Assembly (NCBI GenBank): GCA_965223005.1
Contig: CBDCVK010000006.1
Span: forward strand, 1 to 64,000
DNA length: 64,000 nt
From: Terriglobia bacterium
Lineage (GTDB): Bacteria; Acidobacteriota; Terriglobia; JAJPHL01; JAPKYU01
Reading direction: 5' to 3'
The notes beneath the pieces are model-generated. The model worked only from the letters and a program-made list of their open reading frames with translations, made no database searches and was not told the origin of the DNA. Made by a program: the position numbers and the translations under genes. Each line of letters opens with the position of its first letter. Position 1 is the first letter of the stretch. Positions 56,178 to 64,000 of the stretch are shown piece by piece.

Positions 56178-57920
56178 CTAGCGTCGCCTACGCTGCTGTC
56201 TTCTAGGCCGGCGGCTCCCGAATGGCCCACCAAAAGGCGAGCGCGCGCCAACCTCATCACCATCCAGGTACTCACCCGTGACGATCAGGGCGCCTTCAGA
56301 GAGTTCTCCCTCAAGGACCGCCGTCTCCCTTCCATTGGTGATGCCGAGTTTGACACGGTGGGGCGCGAGTTCTCCGTTCTCATCCAGCGCCCAAACGGTG
56401 CTCCAACGCGGCCTGGATACCTCCGTTGGGGGAAAGTGGATCTTCGCCGCCTGCTGGACGCGATAACGGTCTGGACTAGGATTGTCAGCCAGGGTAGGAC
56501 GCTCGGCATCCGCCCGGAGCGGTCCGGAGCCCGCTCGGGGCTTTCCCGGTGGCTGTTGCCCTTTCTGGTTCCGAGCTGAACCGGGAGCACCGTCATCCCT
56601 GCCGCGGCTCCAGCCCGTTCCTCTTCTGGGACCGCTACCCTTCGGCTTACCTCCTTGTGAGGAAGACGCCTCTTGAACGGTGCCTGCAGGTGCACCGGAC
56701 TTCGGCGAGTGTTCCAGCTTCTCGAGCTGTTCCGACATGCGCTCATCGTCTGGCTGATAGCGCAAGGCGGCATTCGCTATCTTCAGCACGTTCTGCTCCG
56801 CGGCGACAGTAAAAGTCACGTTGGCTGTCATCCCCGGCCTCAACTTTAGGTCGGGATTGGCCACATCGATGATGACGTTATAGGTCACCACGTTGGAGGT
56901 AGTCGCTCCCCCTGTGGTGGAATCAGGCGTTGAGCTGGCGGGAAGCTTGGAGCTCAATCGTATCTCAGAAATCTTGCCGTGAAAGGTATCTTGAGGGAAG
57001 GCATCCACAATGAATTCCACCTGTGCCTCTTCGGAAAGGGCACCAATGTCAGCTTCGTCCACCTGAGCAATTACCTGCATCTGCCTCAGATCATTGGCGA
57101 GCAGAAATAGCACGGGAGCTTGAAAGCTTGCGGCCACCGTTTGTCCAATGTCCACATTGCGTTCGATCACGACACCATCAATCGGCGATATGATCCTGGT
57201 GTGCTTAAGGTTCACTTCAGCGACGCGCAGCTCCGCTTCCGCTTGCTTAACGCTGGCCTCAGCCTGCTCTAATTGGGCATGTGCGGAACCGATGGCTGCT
57301 TCGATTTGGTTCACCTGGGCGGCTGCTTGATTCTCCCTGGCCGTGGCCTCTTCAAAGGCGGCTTGGGCTGCTTCGATCTCGCGCTCGGGGATGAGCGCGT
57401 CCTCATGGAGCTCCCGGGCACGTTTCAGGACTTGCGCGGCGTCCCTGCGGGTCACACTGGCAGCCTCCAGGTTGGCCTTGGAGCTAATCAGTTCCGCCCT
57501 GCGGTTGACCAGGGCCGCTTCCGCGTTCTTAACGTTGGCTCTTGCAATGCCCAAAGCGGCTCGAGCCCTGGCCGTTTGGGCTTCAAAGTTTGCCGGGTCG
57601 ATGACCGCCAGGAGCTGCCCCTTTTTCACTAGGCTGTTGAAGTCCGCATCAAGCTCCCTCACACGTCCCGAGACCTCGCTTCCCACCTGTACGGTTACTA
57701 CCGCCTGAAGGATCCCTGTGGAGCTGACAGAGTGTCGGATACTTCCACGGGTAGCTTCCACTGTGATATATGTATCGTTGCCCCCGTCATCCCCGTCCTT
57801 CAATCCCAGATATGCGACTCCCGTGACCACCAACCCCAAAGGGACTAGAAAGCGGAGACGTAGAAAGCGATGCCTCTGGAAAGTTTCGCTAAGACGTATC
57901 CGTTTTATAAACTGAATCAT
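56178..57920 (-). CDS. Efflux periplasmic adaptor subunit (MacA-like)
   Basis: VQVGSEVSG, long coiled coil, SPIDGVV, GQTVAASF.AP.LF, VDEADIG, L.PGMTA. Confidence 0.93.
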   Translation of the reverse strand: MIQFIKRIRLSETFQRHRFLRLRFLVPLGLVVTGVAYLGLKDGDDGGNDTYITVEATRGSIRHSVSSTGILQAVVTVQVGSEVSGRVRELDADFNSLVKKGQLLAVIDPANFEAQTARARAALGIARANVKNAEAALVNRRAELISSKANLEAASVTRRDAAQVLKRARELHEDALIPEREIEAAQAAFEEATARENQAAAQVNQIEAAIGSAHAQLEQAEASVKQAEAELRVAEVNLKHTRIISPIDGVVIERNVDIGQTVAASFQAPVLFLLANDLRQMQVIAQVDEADIGALSEEAQVEFIVDAFPQDTFHGKISEIRLSSKLPASSTPDSTTGGATTSNVVTYNVIIDVANPDLKLRPGMTANVTFTVAAEQNVLKIANAALRYQPDDERMSEQLEKLEHSPKSGAPAGTVQEASSSQGGKPKGSGPRRGTGWSRGRDDGAPGSARNQKGQQPPGKPRAGSGPLRADAERPTLADNPSPDRYRVQQAAKIHFPPTEVSRPRWSTVWALDENGELAPHRVKLGITNGRETAVLEGELSEGALIVTGEYLDGDEVGARSPFGGPFGSRRPRRQQRRRR

Positions 57921-58479
57921 TTCAGCAGATTCTTCCTTCGCCTCAGCCCCCGGTTTCGCCGGTCCCCGCGTTGGCGTGCCATCTGGAGTGGCGCAGAAGC
58001 CGCTGGGCGCGCAACCCCACAGGCCGCACCTGCTAAAGCTCTAAACACGAAAATATCCGGGAAGTTGCTACCCCAACAGCTCGGCATCAGCTGCTACTCC
58101 ACTATCCGGTGAAGATCTGTCCCACCCTTAAACCGCTTGGCTGATCCACTCGAGGATTATACCAGCTTAGGGCGCCCCTCGGAGCCTTGCCTTACCGGCA
58201 CCGATTGCCTGGCTATGCCGATCGCTGGAATCTGCGGCCGTTTTTTCTCGGCTCCAAACCAAAGGGCAACTGCAATTGATTGCCAGTGCAGGGCTGCGTC
58301 GCCCTGCCCACGAAGCGACGGTTTATGATGGGTCTGCATGACTTCGCGGCGAACCTGCCCGCGCCACGGGTTGAACGCTTTCCGGGGCCTCTTTCCTCTC
58401 GCTTTTTGACTCGACGGAACTGACGGGACTGCGTTAGTGTTTCAGCCAACGACACTCTGCCACCGACGGGAGCAGGTTT

Positions 58480-59226
58480 GTGAAAGTCATCGCCATTGAC
58501 TGTAGCCCGCCATTCGATTCCAGCCGGACGATCCTGATCCTGGGCCCCTTCATTGCGGGAATCAGGGATCGGGGAGCGGACGTCGAAGTTTTCTTCTTGA
58601 GGGATCTTCGTTTAGCACTTTCCGAGGGGGACCTGAGCCCGTGGCTGAAAGGAAAGGGGAGGCGTGCGCGGAAGGACGATATGGATATCCTTCGGCCCAG
58701 GCTGGAAGAAGCTGACGTCTGGGTGTTCGCCACTCCGGTCTATTGCGACGGTATGTGCGCCCAGATGAAAAACCTCCTGGACCGGATGACTGCGCTGACC
58801 CCTCCGTTTCTAGAGGTGCGCGACGGTCGCTCGCCGAAGCACTCCCGGCCGACGAAGCCCGGCAAGTTTGTGTTGGTCGCGACCTCCACGGCCTGGGAAT
58901 TGGATACGTTTGCCCCGTTGCTGGCGCATGTCAGGGCTTATTGCGCGAACACCACACGAGAATTTGCGGGTGCGCTGCTCCGGCCTCATTCGGCGGCCTT
59001 GACTTGGTTGCTTGATCGAGGTCTGCCGGCGGCCGACGTTTTCGAGGCTGCTTACCAAGCGGGCTGTGGGACGGTGACCTCAGGGTTGATTGAGGACGCC
59101 AACAGTGAAGTCGTCAGCCGCCCGTTGGTACGGCTTGATCTCTACGTTGACCTTTTCAATCAGCGATTGCAGCAGCGATTGCAGCAAGAGATAGGCCATC
59201 CCTCTCGTAAAGCTCGGGCGCGTTGA
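58480..59226 (+). CDS. Flavodoxin/NADPH-dependent FMN reductase family protein (iron-sulfur flavoprotein-like, Cys motif degenerate)
   Basis: KDDM..L...L.EAD..VFATPVY, MKNLLDR, A..AG. Confidence 0.82.
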   Translation: MKVIAIDCSPPFDSSRTILILGPFIAGIRDRGADVEVFFLRDLRLALSEGDLSPWLKGKGRRARKDDMDILRPRLEEADVWVFATPVYCDGMCAQMKNLLDRMTALTPPFLEVRDGRSPKHSRPTKPGKFVLVATSTAWELDTFAPLLAHVRAYCANTTREFAGALLRPHSAALTWLLDRGLPAADVFEAAYQAGCGTVTSGLIEDANSEVVSRPLVRLDLYVDLFNQRLQQRLQQEIGHPSRKARAR

Positions 59227-59479
59227 ATAGCCGTGTGCAGGTGGACAGCCAGCCTTATCTGCACGACGGCTCAGCCCCCGTAGGGTCGGCGACATTGTTT
59301 GTGCCCGTTATTCGTCCCTGCGTAGGCACATTGGCTTGGAGTGGGAATGCGTATCACTGTGGTTTTTCACAATACGTGGAGGTGAGCAGAAGTGGTGCGC
59401 CGTTCTTAGCGGGCGCAAAGGGCCTCGCGTAGCCCCTCCTGAGCAGGATCGAAGCCCTCGAATACCAGCGACTACGAGT

Positions 59480-60343
59480 TCATCGGGAATCTTTTTCTAA
59501 TTTGGATGTAAGTAGTTGGAGAAAGTGCCTAACCTCGCCCGCATTCTGCAGGGAATACCGAGCTGCGGTTCCGCGGGGTCCGTTTCGGACCACGATCCCC
59601 ACTCCGCGGCCCGCTAGGGCCTTGAAAGCATCCTCATCGGTTACGTCATCACCGATATAGATGGGCAGAACGTCGGGCCGATCCAGTCCTAGCTTCTGCA
59701 GTAGCCACAGGACGGCCTTGCCTTTGTCCCAGTTGACTTTTGGCTGCAGGTCGTACACTTTCTTGCCGCATAGCTTGCGTAACTCCGGGTGACGTGACAG
59801 CAATTGGTCAATTATGTCCCCCACCACGCGTTCGTTTTCCTCTCTAACTCTTCGGAAATGGGCTGCAACGGAGAACTTCTTGCGTTCCACGAGGACGCCG
59901 GCAATCTTCCCCAGTCGCTCACGGAGCTCTTGCTCGACGCTGTCGAGCACAGGGAGCAAATCGGTAGCTTGTTCCTTCTGCAGAGGCGAGTTCCGAGGCC
60001 CCTTGATCTCGAAGCCATGGCTGCCTGCATAGAAGATCTCCTGCAGGCCCACTAGCCGTTTGATGTCGGGCAGGTCTCTTCCACTTATGATTGCCACCGT
60101 ACACCGCCTTGAGAGTTGGTCGACAGTACTGCGGACGGTTTCGGAGAGTACTGCCTGGTCAGGATGATCCACAATTGGTGTGAGCGTCCCATCGTAGTCA
60201 AGAAAAACAGCGATACGCTTGCCGGGCAAACCGCCAGCAATCTCCTCAATACGCCCCGTGGCGGAGGGAAGATCCTCGGTATTCGGGTCTGAGCTGGAAG
60301 GTATATCCGACACAGCAACTCCCGACAGATCGCTTACCCCCAC
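59480..60343 (-). CDS. otsB: Trehalose-6-phosphate phosphatase
   Basis: HAD motif FLDYDGTLTPIV, ISGR, YAGSHG.EI, W.KGKAV, YIGDD.TDEDAF. Confidence 0.95.
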   Translation of the reverse strand: MGVSDLSGVAVSDIPSSSDPNTEDLPSATGRIEEIAGGLPGKRIAVFLDYDGTLTPIVDHPDQAVLSETVRSTVDQLSRRCTVAIISGRDLPDIKRLVGLQEIFYAGSHGFEIKGPRNSPLQKEQATDLLPVLDSVEQELRERLGKIAGVLVERKKFSVAAHFRRVREENERVVGDIIDQLLSRHPELRKLCGKKVYDLQPKVNWDKGKAVLWLLQKLGLDRPDVLPIYIGDDVTDEDAFKALAGRGVGIVVRNGPRGTAARYSLQNAGEVRHFLQLLTSKLEKDSR

Positions 60344-60500
60344 ATCCGCTCCATTCTCTCATAGACTCTTCGCGTAGCCGCAGCCTCCGGATCCATGGGG
60401 GAGGTCCGCAGGTACCTTTCAAAGATCTTTAAGATGCGCACAAAAGATTTTCTGTTGAGCCAGTGGGGAATCTAAAAACTTAGGTTAAAATTGTGGAAGA

Positions 60501-61523
60501 GTGGACCGTAGACGTTTCCTCATCATTAGCACGGTCGGGAGTGCCTGGTTCGTGGGGCTGTTGACGCTTTACAACAAGTTTGGCCCCAAGCCGGTCGACT
60601 CCCGCGTCCGGGTCGAAGATTACCTGCACCTGGGTGAGCGGGCAGCACTCGAGGCCATCACTTCGAACGCAGATTTCTACATCACTTCGAAGGGCTGGAC
60701 TCCGCAGATCAAAGTGGACGAGTGGCGGTTGGTCATCGACGGCTTGGTCGAAAACCCGGTAACGCTAACGTTGCCGCAGGTCAAGGCACTGCCGCAGCTG
60801 GAGCGCACGCTGACGCTGGAGTGCATCGAGAACCGCGTAGGAGGCCCCGCTATTGGCAATGCACGCTGGCGCGGCAGCGCGCTTCGGCCCCTGCTGGAGC
60901 GCGCACGCCCCCTCAAGGAAGCTCAATCGGCCCTGCTCCACGCAGCAGATGGCTATACCACCGGCATTCCCTTGGAACGCCTTCTTTGGGAGGACAATTT
61001 TCTGGCCTATGAGATGAATGGCGAACCGCTGCCGCTTGCGCACGGCTATCCGCTACGGGTCTTCTTTCCCGGCAAGTACGGGATGAAGCAGCCGAAATGG
61101 CTCACCCGAATTGAGTTCCTGGCCGAGCATCAACCGGGCTTTTGGGAGCAACGCGGCTGGTCCGACACCGCTGAGCGGCAGACTCGAGGTGTGATCGACG
61201 GCCCGAGACCACGCCGGGGAGTCACCCTTTCCGGCCGGAGTTTTCTCCTGGTTGGCTACGCCGTCGCTGACGCCTCCGGAATTACGCGGGTCGAGGTGAG
61301 CGATGACGATGGCCGGTCCTGGCAACCTGTCGAGATTTTCAGCAACCCCTCACCCTACGTCTGGACCTTCTGGCGCTATGAGTGGCGGCCTTCAGCCGCG
61401 GGCACCTACAACCTGCGAGTGCGGGCTGTGAACGGCCGCGGGGAGGTGCAAACGGCCACCAAACATGACTCTTGGCCGGAAGGCGCCACCGGCCACCACC
61501 GCATCCAGCTCGAGCTCGCCTGA
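60501..61523 (+). CDS. Sulfite-oxidase-family molybdopterin oxidoreductase
   Basis: Tat-like RRRFL plus TM; Mo-ligand LECIEN, GNARW.G, MNGEPLP..HGYPLR, PG.YG.K..KW, dimerisation domain. Confidence 0.93.
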   Translation: MDRRRFLIISTVGSAWFVGLLTLYNKFGPKPVDSRVRVEDYLHLGERAALEAITSNADFYITSKGWTPQIKVDEWRLVIDGLVENPVTLTLPQVKALPQLERTLTLECIENRVGGPAIGNARWRGSALRPLLERARPLKEAQSALLHAADGYTTGIPLERLLWEDNFLAYEMNGEPLPLAHGYPLRVFFPGKYGMKQPKWLTRIEFLAEHQPGFWEQRGWSDTAERQTRGVIDGPRPRRGVTLSGRSFLLVGYAVADASGITRVEVSDDDGRSWQPVEIFSNPSPYVWTFWRYEWRPSAAGTYNLRVRAVNGRGEVQTATKHDSWPEGATGHHRIQLELA

Positions 61524-61970
61524 CCTTAACACTTACATGCGCTGCTTCCAGAAGCGGCTCAGTCTTACTGGACGCGTTGGTGACCCACCATCAAAGAAAT
61601 TGTCCGGACATCCAAGGATCGCATTGGGCCGACTGGCAGGTTTTGATGGTCTTGTAAGTTCCACTTCTGTGAATGCTCAAAACTTCTGTGCCTCAGTGGT
61701 AGCCCACTCCCGAATCTCGGCGGACCAAAGTGGCTCTCAGCTGTTAAGTGACGCTGCCTCAGGGGAGGCACTTGTCCGGTTTGCCGACTATACGTCCAAG
61801 TGAAACCGGGATTGATAAACGCTAGCCCGTTAGGGTGGACCTATCCGGCATTCCCCATAGCTGTCGGCGAAATTGGGTGGACTCCCCGGAACAAGGAACG
61901 GACGACGTCGTTGCATACTAGACGCCCGCAAACACCACGGAAACCTACTGATGGGCCTGACCGCGGCGTG

Positions 61971-62000
61971 TTGTGAATTCGAAAAATACTGTGTTAAACT
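61971..62000 (+). promoter_or_regulatory. Putative sigma70 promoter of the B12-radical SAM genes
   Basis: TTGTGA (61971-61976), 18-bp spacer, extended -10 TGtTAAACT (61992-62000). Confidence 0.55.
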
Positions 62001-62044
62001 TCGCTCCAAGCTCGTGGTGGGCTAGCTTGGCAAGGGATCGTCGC

Positions 62045-63562
62045 ATGCGATCAAAACGGATTTCCAAAAAGAAGGTTGTTTTTTTCTTTCCTGCGTTCTC
62101 AAGTCTCGAAGCCACAGCTCCATTGGGAATCCTGGCCGTGTCCACTCCCCTTTTGCGCGCCGGCTATCAAATCTGCATCATCGATTCCACCATCACTTCC
62201 GATTTCCAAAAGCGTGTCCTCGAGGAACTTGAGGATGCTCTGTGCCTGGCGGTTTCTCTGGTCACGGGTCCGATGATCCGCGAGACAGTGGAGATCGCCC
62301 AGGCAGCGAAGAAGCTGTACCCTCGTCTGCCTGTCATTCTCGGGGGATGGCATCCTTCGCTGCTTCCGGATCAGACCTTGGCCGCAGAATATGTGGACAT
62401 CGTTATCCGCGGCCAGGGCGAGGACGCGCTTCTGGAGGTCGTCCAGCGCTTGGAGGACGGATCATCGCTGGAAGGAATCGCAGGAGTAGGCTACAAGGAA
62501 GACGCAAAGCTCATTTTCAACCCGCCGCGGCTCCTCAAACCCATCGGCGGCTTACCTCCGAAGGCTTATCATTTGGCTGACTTTGACGCCTACGAACGAG
62601 TTTGTGGGCGCCGCTGGGCCATGTATATCTCGAGCCTCGCCTGCCCCTATAGTTGTGCGTATTGCACGAATGAGGGCGTCTACGGCAGGCAATGGAATGC
62701 GCTCGAAGCCGAGCGGGTGGTGGATGAAACCGCTGATCTTGTGTCGCGCTATGGTCTGGAACTGCTGTGGGTGGTAGACGACAACTTCCTGGTGGATCGG
62801 GAGCGTGCCCTAAAGATTGCAGAGGGCCTAGTGTGTCGGGGTGTGCGGTTTGACTGGAGCATCCAGGCATCGACCAACCTAGTGGCCCGGCTGACGGTGG
62901 AGGAATTGAGACTTCTGCGTCGTGCCGGACTTTCCCAGATTTGTCACGGGGCTGAATCAGGATCGCCCAAAGTGCTGAAACTCATGAACAAGGACTTCCA
63001 GAAGATCGAAACCATTTACACGGCGGCGGAAAGATGCGTTCAGGCCGGAATCCGACCTTCGTTCAACGTCATCTTTGCTTTCCCTGGAGAAGGCGACCGA
63101 GAGCGCCGCGAGACAATTCGGTTGATCATGGACGTCTGCCGCCGCTATCCGGGAGCGGAATTCTGGACGAACATCTTTACCCCCTATCCAGGAGCTCCCA
63201 TCATGCAGCGGGCGGGGGACTTCGGGATCGAAGCTCCCAAGTCCTTCGAAGGATGGGCGGAGTTCTTCCCGCGTTATACCGTTCTTCCCTGGCTGAACGG
63301 GCGTAAGCACCGCAGGCTGCAAGTCATCCGCGACTATCTTCGGCTTGCCTTCCACCGCGTGCCAATCGCAGAGGATCGCAGGCGTCCCATCACCCGCGCA
63401 GTGCATGAACTGATCAGCATCCCTGCCCGCTGGCGCCTGGAGCACGATGTGTACACGTGTCCGTTTGAGATTTGGCTCAAGAATTTGGTGAATCGGACTT
63501 TTGAATCACCCAAACCGAAGGTGGACGCCCAGCAGCTCTCTACTGATCCGGTGACATGTTGA
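62045..63562 (+). CDS. B12-binding-domain radical SAM protein
   Basis: PLG.L, GGWHPS, GQGE, CPYSCAYC, VDDNF, GAESGS, TPYPG; start moved to ATG 62045. Confidence 0.93.
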   Translation: MRSKRISKKKVVFFFPAFSSLEATAPLGILAVSTPLLRAGYQICIIDSTITSDFQKRVLEELEDALCLAVSLVTGPMIRETVEIAQAAKKLYPRLPVILGGWHPSLLPDQTLAAEYVDIVIRGQGEDALLEVVQRLEDGSSLEGIAGVGYKEDAKLIFNPPRLLKPIGGLPPKAYHLADFDAYERVCGRRWAMYISSLACPYSCAYCTNEGVYGRQWNALEAERVVDETADLVSRYGLELLWVVDDNFLVDRERALKIAEGLVCRGVRFDWSIQASTNLVARLTVEELRLLRRAGLSQICHGAESGSPKVLKLMNKDFQKIETIYTAAERCVQAGIRPSFNVIFAFPGEGDRERRETIRLIMDVCRRYPGAEFWTNIFTPYPGAPIMQRAGDFGIEAPKSFEGWAEFFPRYTVLPWLNGRKHRRLQVIRDYLRLAFHRVPIAEDRRRPITRAVHELISIPARWRLEHDVYTCPFEIWLKNLVNRTFESPKPKVDAQQLSTDPVTC

Positions 63563-63605
63563 ACGGCAAGCCAGTGCGATTTCCTGCGCGTGACGGCTTA
63601 CACCG

Positions 63606-64000
63606 ATGAGGAAGGTCGTCCTATTCCTCCCACCGTACCCTGGTCCGGTCCTAGGCCCCCCGGTCGGTCTTCTGTGTCTGGCGTCGCCCCTCCGCCAAGC
63701 GGGATACCACGTAAAGATCATCGACTCCGCCTTGTTCCCGAACTATCTTGCGGCGATCGAACGCGAAATTCCGGACGCCCTCTGCTTCGGCATCTCCCTG
63801 CTGACTGGTCCTATGATTACCGATGCCATAGCCGCTGGCCATCTCGTCAGGGGCCTGCGGCCCGAACTACCGATCGTGTTCGGCGGATGGCATCCTAGCC
63901 TGATGCCAGAACAGACCTTGCGCGAAAGCTTTGTTGACGTTGTGGTGCGGCACCAGGGAGAGGTGACGCTTCTCGAGGTCGTCCGAAGGATCGACCAGGG
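63606..64000 (+). CDS. Second B12-binding-domain radical SAM paralog (truncated by window end; not in ORF track)
   Basis: Manual translation MRKVVLFLPPY..PPVGLL..ALCFGISLLTGPMI..PIVFGGWHPSL.PEQTL..VDVVVRHQGE aligns with the N-terminus of the upstream gene. Confidence 0.9.
   Translation, partial: MRKVVLFLPPYPGPVLGPPVGLLCLASPLRQAGYHVKIIDSALFPNYLAAIEREIPDALCFGISLLTGPMITDAIAAGHLVRGLRPELPIVFGGWHPSLMPEQTLRESFVDVVVRHQGEVTLLEVVRRIDQ

Noticed and set aside
61537-61803. Ser-rich ORF upstream of the B12-radical SAM genes as a possible RiPP precursor
   Set aside because: No RBS, atypical codon use, no leader/core pattern; a promoter lies between it and the enzymes
61800-62044. Cobalamin riboswitch upstream of B12-binding enzymes
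   Set aside because: Conserved GGGAA / GGUG..AA.UCC / B12-box elements not found; predicted leader is only about 40 nt

Overview
High-GC bacterial chromosomal window, most likely Acidobacteriota: it has a TIGR03437/Solibacter-type C-terminal-domain surface protein, bshC plus ypdA, and several Acidobacteria-style hypotheticals. It is mostly housekeeping and metabolic genes: carA-carB, nadE, pilT, nuoI, thiO, ackA, dtd, mutS-nagZ-anmK, selA, an M16 peptidase pair, GntP, a MacAB-type exporter, otsB, a sulfite-oxidase-family enzyme and tandem B12-radical SAM genes at the right edge. I found no rRNA, tRNA, CRISPR array or intact mobile element. The best novelty candidate is an AT-richer two-gene cassette (29231-30400) encoding a secreted 75-aa mature peptide with 12 Cys and 15 aromatic residues, next to a membrane-anchored partner of unknown function. 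Other signals: -10 boxes 6-9 nt from start codons (leaderless-type architecture), many short tandem duplications, a 6S-like structured RNA candidate, a fused triple-domain TrkA, a flavodoxin-like protein that has lost its Fe-S cysteines, and three apparent frameshifts that may be assembly indels. All family assignments come from motif recognition by eye; no database searches were run.
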